64,000 bases of DNA from Candidatus Melainabacteria bacterium RIFCSPHIGHO2_02_FULL_34_12 (GTDB lineage: Bacteria; Cyanobacteriota; Vampirovibrionia; 2-02-FULL-35-15). Both the position numbers and the translations under genes were made by a program. The stretch is taken from NCBI GenBank assembly GCA_001784555.1, contig MFRM01000005.1:99802-163801 (forward strand). The letters run 5' to 3'. The number at the start of each line of letters is the position of its first letter. The stretch's first letter is position 1. Of this stretch, positions 56,421-64,000 are shown piece after piece. The notes beneath the pieces are model-generated. The model was given only the letters and a program-made list of their open reading frames with translations, had not been told where the DNA came from and searched no databases.

Positions 56421-57160
56421 AATACGTTTTGTGGTTGTTCTGTATTTGCATTTGCAGCTTCATTCTTTAATGCTTCTTCCAGTTCTTTTTGCTTTTCTTT
56501 TTCTTTAGTACGTCTTAAAGCTTCTTCCTGAAGTCTTTCTTTAATTTTTGCCGCATCCTGAGTAAGTCTGAAATATTGCTGGAATTTTTTAGTGGTTTTT
56601 AGAATATATGAAAGCCCCTGTGGTTTTTTAGTGATTAAATCCATTTCAACCAGTTCATTTATGTGATCATATGCGCCTGAGCCTCTCATATCAATTACTT
56701 CTGACTGGAGAACAGGTTCTTTAAGTGCAATTGCAGAAAGCGTTCTCATCGGACCTGGATTTAACTCAAGCGGCATCATGTCTGTGACTATGTTTAAATA
56801 CTGGGTTTTTACCTGAATTATATAGCCGTCATCAGTTCCTATTTCCAGCCCGCCATTTCTGTCTTCATATTCCTGAATGAGCTGAACCAATGCTGACTGA
56901 ACATCTTCATATGCTGCGTTTAACATCTTTGCTATGGCACCAGTTTTAACTGGCAGATCAGTAACAAAAAGTACTGCTTCAACCTGTGCTTTTAAATCAG
57001 ACTTAAGTGCATTTGCAATTGCACCTAGAGTAGAAGGACCTTGTGATATTTCTTCCAGGGTATTTTCTTCTTCTTCTTGGTTTTCAGAATCAACTTCAGG
57101 TTTTATTTCAATGCTTTCATTATTGTCATTGACTTCCTGATTCTCCAGGATGGTTTCCAT
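56417..57160 (-). CDS. scpB: segregation and condensation protein B
   Basis: 247 aa; winged-helix ScpB motifs (VEAVLFV, GAYDHINELVE), acidic N-term. Confidence 0.75.
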   Translation of the reverse strand: METILENQEVNDNNESIEIKPEVDSENQEEEENTLEEISQGPSTLGAIANALKSDLKAQVEAVLFVTDLPVKTGAIAKMLNAAYEDVQSALVQLIQEYEDRNGGLEIGTDDGYIIQVKTQYLNIVTDMMPLELNPGPMRTLSAIALKEPVLQSEVIDMRGSGAYDHINELVEMDLITKKPQGLSYILKTTKKFQQYFRLTQDAAKIKERLQEEALRRTKEKEKQKELEEALKNEAANANTEQPQNVL

Positions 57161-58106
57161 TGTCTGTCACCTCGCTTTCGTTATTTATTTCTGTTAGATC
57201 TATAATTTTATCTTCTTCGGGCTTGTCTTTTTTACCGGTTATTTTATCTTTTATTTTTTCAATAATACCTTTTTTCTTCTTTTTTACTTTTTGTTTCTTT
57301 GCTTCTTGTTTCTCTGCTTCTTGCTTCTTTTCTTCTGGCTCTTCAATCACAGTGCCTGCTCTATATACATAAACCTCACTGTACATTTCGTTTTGAACCA
57401 GGACAACTTTTTGGACATGTGCCAAAAATAAAAGTGCAATAAAAGATTTGATTTTATCATTAAGTATTTTAGAAAGAAAACTTAATGTAATTGGCTTTTC
57501 ATCAGTAAGATGCTCTTCAATAATAGCTTCAATTTTTTCAACAACTTTATCAAGATCTTCTTCCTGAGTTATTTCAAGAAGATCGTCCGGAGTTTCAGGA
57601 GCAATAATGGTAAATGCACGTTCTGCTCTTAATTTTGCCCTAACTGCTCTTCTTTCTTCTTCTTCTTCTGCCTGCTGAAGTGCAAAAATTAAATCTGTAA
57701 GCAGGATTTTACGTTTTCTTTGCTGCTTACTTAAAGAGCTTCTTACAAGAAAAGACTCAAGCTTTGAAACATCAATTCTGATTTCTCCATCTTCGGTTAA
57801 AATCTCATCTTCAGGGAAGAAGTTTTCAGTCTGCTGACTGGCAAGAAGAGTTTCATTTGATAAATTTAGAAGGATATCTGACTTTAAGCGCAAAAGTACA
57901 CTTGCAAAAAAGATTGCTCTTCCGGCATTAAGTAGATTTTCTCTGGGGCTTTTATCCAGTGCTGCTAGATATTTATCAGTTAAATCAATAATATCTATAT
58001 CCCAGGGATCAATATCACCTTTTTCGGCAAGCTGGACAAGTATTTCAAGCCCGCCACCTAGGTTTTTAACATCAATCTTTTCTTTTATTTGTTCAACTTG
58101 TCCCAT
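57126..58106 (-). CDS. scpA: segregation and condensation protein A
   Basis: 326 aa; DPWDIDI motif; adjacent to smc and scpB. Confidence 0.75.
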   Translation of the reverse strand: MGQVEQIKEKIDVKNLGGGLEILVQLAEKGDIDPWDIDIIDLTDKYLAALDKSPRENLLNAGRAIFFASVLLRLKSDILLNLSNETLLASQQTENFFPEDEILTEDGEIRIDVSKLESFLVRSSLSKQQRKRKILLTDLIFALQQAEEEEERRAVRAKLRAERAFTIIAPETPDDLLEITQEEDLDKVVEKIEAIIEEHLTDEKPITLSFLSKILNDKIKSFIALLFLAHVQKVVLVQNEMYSEVYVYRAGTVIEEPEEKKQEAEKQEAKKQKVKKKKKGIIEKIKDKITGKKDKPEEDKIIDLTEINNESEVTDNGNHPGESGSQ

Positions 58107-58147
58107 TTTTTCCCTTATTTCGCCGTCTCTTATTTCTTCTTGTCCTT

Positions 58148-58180
58148 TTCGCCGATACTCCGATACGCCGTTACGCAGTC
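58148..58180. repeat. xTxCGCCG octamer tandem repeat spanning the smc stop codon
   Basis: ttcgccgatactccgatacgccgttacgcag; near-identical to 25305-25340. Confidence 0.6.
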
Positions 58181-61100
58181 ATGAGCTCTGGTTCTTCATC
58201 TTTTTTCTTTTGCATGTTTTGAACACCAATTATTTGTGTAAATCCATCTGTTCTAAGTGTTACGCCAATAGCCTGATCTGACTTTTCAAGCATGTGCCTT
58301 CGTAAACTTACTACTACAAACTGAGCATGTATTGATTGTTTTTTTATCATTTGTGCAAGTCTTTCGGCATTTATACTGTCAAGAAACATATCTACTTCGT
58401 CAAATGCATAAAACGGTGCAGGAGAATATCTCTGCAGTGCAAACATAAAGCTAAGTGCTGTAAGGGATTTTTCACCGCCTGACATTGCTTCAAGGCGTTG
58501 CATTTTTTTATCACGAGGACGTGCTCTGATTATAAGACCTCCGCCAAATGGATCTTCCGGATTTTCCAGAACCAATTCTCCATGTCCAAATGAAAGTTCA
58601 TGAAATATTTCCTGGAAATACTTATCTACTCCTTGAAATGTTTCAAAGAAATTTATCTTTTTTTGCTCGCTGTAGGAGCTAATTTTATTAGTAATAGCTT
58701 CTTTTTCTTTACTAAGTGAAGTCAGCTTATCTTTAATTTCCTGCTGGCGACTTGTCACATTATCGTACTCATTGATAGCACGCATGTTCACAGGCTCCAA
58801 AGCCCTCATTCTTTTTTCAATACTTTCAATTTGTTTGATTATTTTATCCAGGTCAATATTTTCAGGGAGTTTATATTCTTCGTTTTGTGTTTGTTCTTCA
58901 AATTTTGTACGTAAATCACCAAGATCCTGTTCAAGCTCGCGGAGTTTAAGCTCTATAGAAGTTACTTTTTCAGCAAACTGCTCTATAAGCTGCTGCAGCT
59001 CTCCTTTTTGCTCACCTTTGTTTATAAGACCGTTTGAAATTTCATTACGCTTTGTATTTAATTCGCCCAAACGCTTAATTTCACTTGCACTTTCTCCTTC
59101 CAGCTCGCCTACTTTTTCTTCAAGTAATTTTAATTTAGCTTCGTGCTCCGGCAATTCATTTATAATTCTTTCAATTTCTTTCTGGGAATTTGTGATTTTT
59201 CCCTCGTATTGTTCTTTTGCTTTTAAATTAAACTCAGCTTCTACAGCATAACTTCTGTTTTCAGTAACAATCTCCTGAAGTTTAGTCTCACAGTCTTTAG
59301 TTTTTGATTCAATGTCCTGTGTATCTGTCACAAGTGCTTCAAGGCTGGTGTCTTTTATACCTGCAGCTATTTGCTGTAACTCTACTTCCAGATTTATAAT
59401 ATCCTGTTCTTTTTCTTTTACTTTTTTGTCAAGTTTTTCCAGCTCTTCTGTGTTTGTTTCTATGCTTGTTGCAAGCTCAGTCACTTTTTCTTTACTGATT
59501 TCTGAGGTCTGTGTAAGTTTTTTAATTGTTTCAATTAAAGAAGAGTTGTTTGTTTCTTCTTTTGTAATCTCAGTTTTTAAAGTGTCAAACTCTTCTTTTG
59601 CTTCTTCAACTTGTTTGCTTAGTTCATTTAAATCATTTTCAAGCTGACTTACATAATCCTGAAGGGACTTTACTTCTCTTTGCAGTCTTTCTTGTTCTGC
59701 TTCTCCTGAAACTCCAAAACTTATGTTTGATTTTGCCTGAGAGCCACCAGTAATAGCTCCGCTTTTTTCAAGCAAATCACCTTCAAGTGTTACCATTCTG
59801 TTTTTGCCGATGTTTTTTCTGGCATTATCCAGGGTGTCCATTATTATGGTGTCACTAAATGCATAATAAAATGCATCTTTGTATTTATTTTCAAACTTTA
59901 TTAAATCCATTGCTGAGCCAAGTGCTCCTTTTTGGCTCGTGGGTAATAAAGAAGGAGCTGGTTTTAATTTATTTAAGGGTAAGAATGTAGCTCTTCCGCT
60001 GTGTGTGCTTCTTAAGAGCTCAATACATTTTGCAGCTATTGCATCAGTATCCACGACAATAGCTTTTAATCTGTTTCCTGAAGCAACTTCAATTGCAGTT
60101 TTATATTTTTCTTCTACATAAACAAGCTGTGCAAGTGTGCCGTGAACACCTTTTATGCCAGCACTCAACACTGTATCTACTGCTGCACCAAGCCCGCCAG
60201 CTTCTTTAGTTACTTGCTTGTGAACTTCAAGCTTATCCAGCTCACGTTCTAGTTTTGCAAGTTTTTTAGTTCTTTCATTTAACTCTTCTCTAGTCTCAAT
60301 TTCTTCGGCTTTAAGTTTTGAGATGTGTTTTTGAAGTGCTGCATGTTTTTGCTGAAGCTGGCTTAGTTTTGAGTTTTTATAGTTATTGCTTTGGGTTAGT
60401 TCCTTTAGTTCGCTAAGAGATTTCTCAGCTTCTTCTTTTGTCTGAGTTAAGTCATCCTTTAAATGAATAATTTGTTCTTCAAGTCTGGTGTATTTCGTGA
60501 GAAGCTCTTCTTTATCCTGCTTGTGATTATTTATTTTCTTCTGAACTTCAAGGATTTTTGTGGTGGAGAGGTTTTGGTTTTGTCCTTTGGATTTTAGTTT
60601 GTCCTGAAGTTTTTGATATTCCTGATTTAATTTCCAGATTGCATCTTCAAGTTTTTCTTGTTCTTTTTTGTTTTTTTCTTTTTTTCTTTCAAGATCGTTT
60701 AATTTTTTATCTAAAGTTTTAATTTCACTTTCTAGATTTTCAATGTTATCTTTATGGTCTTTAATTTGTTTGTTTAAAAAGTCAACTGTAGACTGAGTTT
60801 TGCTTATTTCAATTTTTGCAGTCTCAAGCTCTTCACTGAGTTTTCTCTGGTTTTGCTCTGTAATTTTCTGAACTTCATTTTCAATGTCTGCTATGGTTTG
60901 TTTATCAGCTTCTATCTCGTCGTTTAATTGACCAAGCTTTATGATAGAATCAGTTCTTTTTTGCCTGAGAGTTGCGTTTTCTTCCTTGAGTAAATTGTAT
61001 TCAGTTTCTACCTTATTTAGCCTTGCTGCCAGACAGTGTTTTTCCAGCTCCCTAAGTTCATTTTTAAGTTTCAAATATTTTAGTGCTTCATTTCTTTCAC

Positions 61101-61731
61101 CTTCAAGCTGTCTTAGCCTCTCATCCAGCTCAAGCATGATTATATTTTCTTTTTCAACTGCTTCCTGGACTTTTTGCAGCTCTATCTGTGCAAGTTCAAT
61201 TTTTCTGTCAAAGTCAGCAACCCCTGCAAGCTCATCTATAATTTTTCTACGCTCATTAAGTGACATGCTGATGATGGATGTAACGTCACCCTGCATAACT
61301 ACGTTATATCCATGAGGGCTTATGTTATAGGAAAGAAGTTTGTCGTGAACTTCAGTAAGCGTGCAAGTTCTGCCGTCCATGTAATAAGTACTGGTGTATC
61401 CGTTATCTTTTACTTTTATTTTTCTTGTAACTTCAATTTCAATTTCTTTGTCATCGGTAAATTTTATGGTTGCCTGAGCTTCTTTTTTCCCGCTTAAATT
61501 ATTTATAAGATCAGGAAGTCTCTCAGCCCGCATGGTTCTTGAGCTTGAAAGTCCAAGTGCAAATAAAATACTGTCGATAATATTTGATTTTCCTGAACCA
61601 TTTGGTCCGGAAATGGTTGTAAATCCTGGAAGAAACGGAACAAGTGTTCTTTTCCCAAAGGATTTAAAATTATCAATTTCAATTTCTTTTAAACGTAACT
61701 TTGTATCCATAATTTCCTTTAAAAAGGACAT
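58171..61731 (-). CDS. smc: chromosome segregation protein SMC
   Basis: 1186 aa; Walker A GPNGSGKSN, long coiled coils, hinge, C-terminal signature/Walker B. Confidence 0.9.
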   Translation of the reverse strand: MSFLKEIMDTKLRLKEIEIDNFKSFGKRTLVPFLPGFTTISGPNGSGKSNIIDSILFALGLSSSRTMRAERLPDLINNLSGKKEAQATIKFTDDKEIEIEVTRKIKVKDNGYTSTYYMDGRTCTLTEVHDKLLSYNISPHGYNVVMQGDVTSIISMSLNERRKIIDELAGVADFDRKIELAQIELQKVQEAVEKENIIMLELDERLRQLEGERNEALKYLKLKNELRELEKHCLAARLNKVETEYNLLKEENATLRQKRTDSIIKLGQLNDEIEADKQTIADIENEVQKITEQNQRKLSEELETAKIEISKTQSTVDFLNKQIKDHKDNIENLESEIKTLDKKLNDLERKKEKNKKEQEKLEDAIWKLNQEYQKLQDKLKSKGQNQNLSTTKILEVQKKINNHKQDKEELLTKYTRLEEQIIHLKDDLTQTKEEAEKSLSELKELTQSNNYKNSKLSQLQQKHAALQKHISKLKAEEIETREELNERTKKLAKLERELDKLEVHKQVTKEAGGLGAAVDTVLSAGIKGVHGTLAQLVYVEEKYKTAIEVASGNRLKAIVVDTDAIAAKCIELLRSTHSGRATFLPLNKLKPAPSLLPTSQKGALGSAMDLIKFENKYKDAFYYAFSDTIIMDTLDNARKNIGKNRMVTLEGDLLEKSGAITGGSQAKSNISFGVSGEAEQERLQREVKSLQDYVSQLENDLNELSKQVEEAKEEFDTLKTEITKEETNNSSLIETIKKLTQTSEISKEKVTELATSIETNTEELEKLDKKVKEKEQDIINLEVELQQIAAGIKDTSLEALVTDTQDIESKTKDCETKLQEIVTENRSYAVEAEFNLKAKEQYEGKITNSQKEIERIINELPEHEAKLKLLEEKVGELEGESASEIKRLGELNTKRNEISNGLINKGEQKGELQQLIEQFAEKVTSIELKLRELEQDLGDLRTKFEEQTQNEEYKLPENIDLDKIIKQIESIEKRMRALEPVNMRAINEYDNVTSRQQEIKDKLTSLSKEKEAITNKISSYSEQKKINFFETFQGVDKYFQEIFHELSFGHGELVLENPEDPFGGGLIIRARPRDKKMQRLEAMSGGEKSLTALSFMFALQRYSPAPFYAFDEVDMFLDSINAERLAQMIKKQSIHAQFVVVSLRRHMLEKSDQAIGVTLRTDGFTQIIGVQNMQKKKDEEPELMTA

Positions 61732-62067
61732 TAAATATTAATAGCTTTTATAGACAGTAAGACTATATTTTTTATCATATTATCCATTACTTGGCCAGCA
61801 AATTTAGAATCTATTAATACACAACATGTATATATGGCAATATGTTAGGTACACCAGATATATCGTAGAGACATAAATAAGTAGACCTTTTCATATGGTC
61901 GGTTGATTTGCATATTATGTTCCATAGCTGGAGACTAGCTACCCAGAAGCCACTAATTAGAGAACTATAAGTAGAAATCACTCAGTCTTGATTAAAAAGT
62001 TTTAATCATTTTCTAATTGACAAGGAAAATAAAAATGTGGCCTAATAATGCTAAGTAGATATTAAAA

Positions 62068-62583
62068 ATGTTATTAATAATAGCAGTTAGCAACAATATT
62101 CCTTGGCGTAATCTAATACTAGCTGGTACAGATGGCGGTTGGGTTAGTCCTTGGTGGGCTTCAAGCGTAGGTGGCATACAAGCAGCAAAACCAGTTTCTG
62201 ATTCAGATGAAAAATCTAAGTATCATATTTTTGGAATAGCATTTGATGGACCAGTTAAGGTTCATGATGATCTTAGAATAGGGATTCGCAGCGATGGCAG
62301 ATACTTAGTAATTAACGGTACCATTGGATCACTTAAATTAGTTGATCATGAAATTCCGATTACAGATTTATCTGCTGATGAAGAAACACTAGATACAAAT
62401 CCTAAACTTAAAGAATTTTTTGAAAAGACAATTTCAGTTGCAGAAAGTCTAAATGCTAAACCAGGTATTTTGGTAATTGATCCAACAGGCATGTCAACTG
62501 ATATGTTAGTAGAAAAACTTGCACAGTTGTTTGGAATAAATCTCCAAGAGCCTTCCGATAGACCTGATGAGCAGCCTCAGTAA
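62068..62583 (+). CDS. hypothetical protein (orphan)
   Basis: 171 aa ORF after 336-bp AT-rich spacer. Confidence 0.35.
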   Translation: MLLIIAVSNNIPWRNLILAGTDGGWVSPWWASSVGGIQAAKPVSDSDEKSKYHIFGIAFDGPVKVHDDLRIGIRSDGRYLVINGTIGSLKLVDHEIPITDLSADEETLDTNPKLKEFFEKTISVAESLNAKPGILVIDPTGMSTDMLVEKLAQLFGINLQEPSDRPDEQPQ

Positions 62584-63530
62584 GCTGATTTTGCTAAGGG
62601 TTTTTCACTCTGTAGATGTGCTTGACCTACTATTTCATTAATGGAGCTAATTTTCATTTGCTCCATATATTTTTTTAATCCTTCAATAATTTCAATACTT
62701 GCTTTTGGATTTACAAAGTTTGCAGTGCCTATTTGAATAGCACTTGCTCCGCAGAGTAAAAATTCAATAGCATCATCTGTAGTATGAATGCCGCCTATTC
62801 CAATAATTGGAGTTTTTGGAAACTTTTTATATGTTTCCCAAATCATCCTGAGTGCAATTGGTTTTATAGCCGGTCCGCTATAACCGCCGACACCGCGAGG
62901 CAAAACAGGTTTTTTAGTCCAACGGTTTATAGCCAGACCAAGAACAGTATTTATTAAACACAAACCATCAGATCCTGCATCAATACAGGCTTTGGCGATT
63001 TCTGTAATGTCTGTAATATTTGGAGAAAGTTTTGCCCATACAGGAATATTTGTAATTTTTTTAACTTCACTCACCATAGTAAATGCTTTTTTTGGATCCT
63101 GGCTGAAATCCAATCCGCCTTCTACATTTGGACAGGAAAGATTTAATTCAATTGCACAAAACTCAGATTTATTTTTAATAACATCAACTGCCTGTAAATA
63201 ATCATCCAGAGTTTCACCGACAATATTTATTACACATGTAACTTTTTGTTCAGTTAAATAAGGCAGCTCATTTTTTACAAAATATTCAATTCCCGGATTT
63301 TGAAGACCTATGGAATTTAACATTCCGCATGCAGGAGAAACTTCCACTACACGTGGCGTAGGATTTCCGACCCTTGGTTTTATGCTTAAACTTTTAGTGA
63401 CTATACTGCCCAGATCGCTCAGTTTAAAATAGGGTTCAAATTCTCTAGCTGCAACACCACAGGTGCCAGAGGCAAGTAAAATAGGATTTTTTAATTTTAC
63501 TTTGCCAAGGTTTGTTTCAAGTGATGACAT
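62577..63530 (-). CDS. pyrD: dihydroorotate dehydrogenase catalytic subunit (class 1-type PyrD)
   Basis: 317 aa; NPILLASGTCG, FMN-binding GIGGI. Confidence 0.8.
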   Translation of the reverse strand: MSSLETNLGKVKLKNPILLASGTCGVAAREFEPYFKLSDLGSIVTKSLSIKPRVGNPTPRVVEVSPACGMLNSIGLQNPGIEYFVKNELPYLTEQKVTCVINIVGETLDDYLQAVDVIKNKSEFCAIELNLSCPNVEGGLDFSQDPKKAFTMVSEVKKITNIPVWAKLSPNITDITEIAKACIDAGSDGLCLINTVLGLAINRWTKKPVLPRGVGGYSGPAIKPIALRMIWETYKKFPKTPIIGIGGIHTTDDAIEFLLCGASAIQIGTANFVNPKASIEIIEGLKKYMEQMKISSINEIVGQAHLQSEKPLAKSAY

Positions 63531-63883
63531 TAATTTACTAATTGTAATATGGCAGTTGGAGCAGCATCACCACGTCTTGGAACTGTTTTAATAAGCCTGG
63601 TGTAGCCGCCTTTTCTAGATTTGAAATTTCCGACGGTTTCATTAAAGAGTTTCTTTAAGACATCTTTTTCATATAAGAAACCAGAAGCCTGGCGTCTGGC
63701 ATGCATGTCTCCTCTTTTTGCAAGGGTAACCAGTTTTTCAATTTCTCTTTGAACGGCTTTTGCTTTTCCAAGAGTGGTTTTAATTTCACCATACTTGAAG
63801 AAAGAATTTGCAAGTGTTCTAAGCACTGCTTTTCTTTGATCGGCTGGTAGCGAAAGTCTGTTCCTTTTTTTTAAATGTCTCAT
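63530..63883 (-). CDS. rplQ: 50S ribosomal protein L17
   Basis: 117 aa; MRHLKKRNRLSLPADQRKAVLRTL. Confidence 0.9.
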   Translation of the reverse strand: MRHLKKRNRLSLPADQRKAVLRTLANSFFKYGEIKTTLGKAKAVQREIEKLVTLAKRGDMHARRQASGFLYEKDVLKKLFNETVGNFKSRKGGYTRLIKTVPRRGDAAPTAILQLVN

Positions 63884-64000
63884 GCTGAAAATACTTCGCT
63901 TTCCATACCGCCTTCTTGATAATTTGCAGCCATAGCTTCATCAGCCAGGTGTAATCCCATTGCATGTAATCTTTCCAGAACTTCATCTGCTGATTTCTTT
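63879..64000 (-). CDS. rpoA: RNA polymerase alpha subunit, C-terminal end (partial; continues beyond window)
   Basis: reverse strand reads ...KEISADEVLERLHAMGLHLADEAMAANYQEGGMESEVFSA*; TGA overlaps rplQ ATG (ATGA). Confidence 0.8.

Noticed and set aside
58772-61497. Several Ser/Cys-rich plus-strand ORFs (58772-59251, 59312-59647, 60941-61315 and others) inside smc
   Set aside because: They are antisense shadows of the coiled-coil-coding smc region (poly-E/K codons read in reverse); not genes. The same applies to other small antisense ORFs in the track, for example 1018-1251, 3905-4093, 21277-21525 and 22725-23240.
61862-61885. Solo gtagagac followed by gtagacc in the smc upstream spacer
   Set aside because: No complementary right arm; at most a remnant half-site.

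Overview
This is an AT-rich (roughly one-third GC) bacterial chromosomal segment of Gram-negative type: it carries a GT9 heptosyltransferase and an outer-membrane secretin. Most of the window is housekeeping genes: xth, a YfcH-like epimerase, tRNA-Phe, lpdA, dnaN, murF, pgi, an orphan hisF, aspS, hom, ruvB, hup, ffh, proA, nadD, metK (with a SAM-I riboswitch), thyX, a fabG-like SDR, an rpoD-like sigma factor, tRNA-Ala, smc-scpA-scpB, pyrD, rplQ and the 3' end of rpoA. It also holds a pentaheme c-type cytochrome, an aconitase-family protein, a nagB/nanE pair, a BNR-repeat protein, a trypsin-like protease, a secretin-centred 4-gene module and several orphan ORFs. The dominant unexplained signal is a dense family of 28-bp GC-rich palindromes with termini 5'-GTAG(A/G)G...C(C/T)CTAC-3'. 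About 20 copies lie in 64 kb, and most sit in frame inside conserved genes, where they encode 9-10 aa segments. Six lie in the cytochrome gene alone, and two donate the TAG stop codon of a gene. Two further GC-rich repeat families occur, an xTxCGCCG octamer-tandem family and a TGTCATTGCGAG...GAAGCAATC family that includes a MITE-like inverted pair. There is also a structured GC-rich element upstream of a secreted-protein gene, a palindromic TTAACAGG operator-like site, and a minus-strand terminator upstream of a GNAT gene. No CRISPR, rRNA, transposase, integrase or phage genes were seen.
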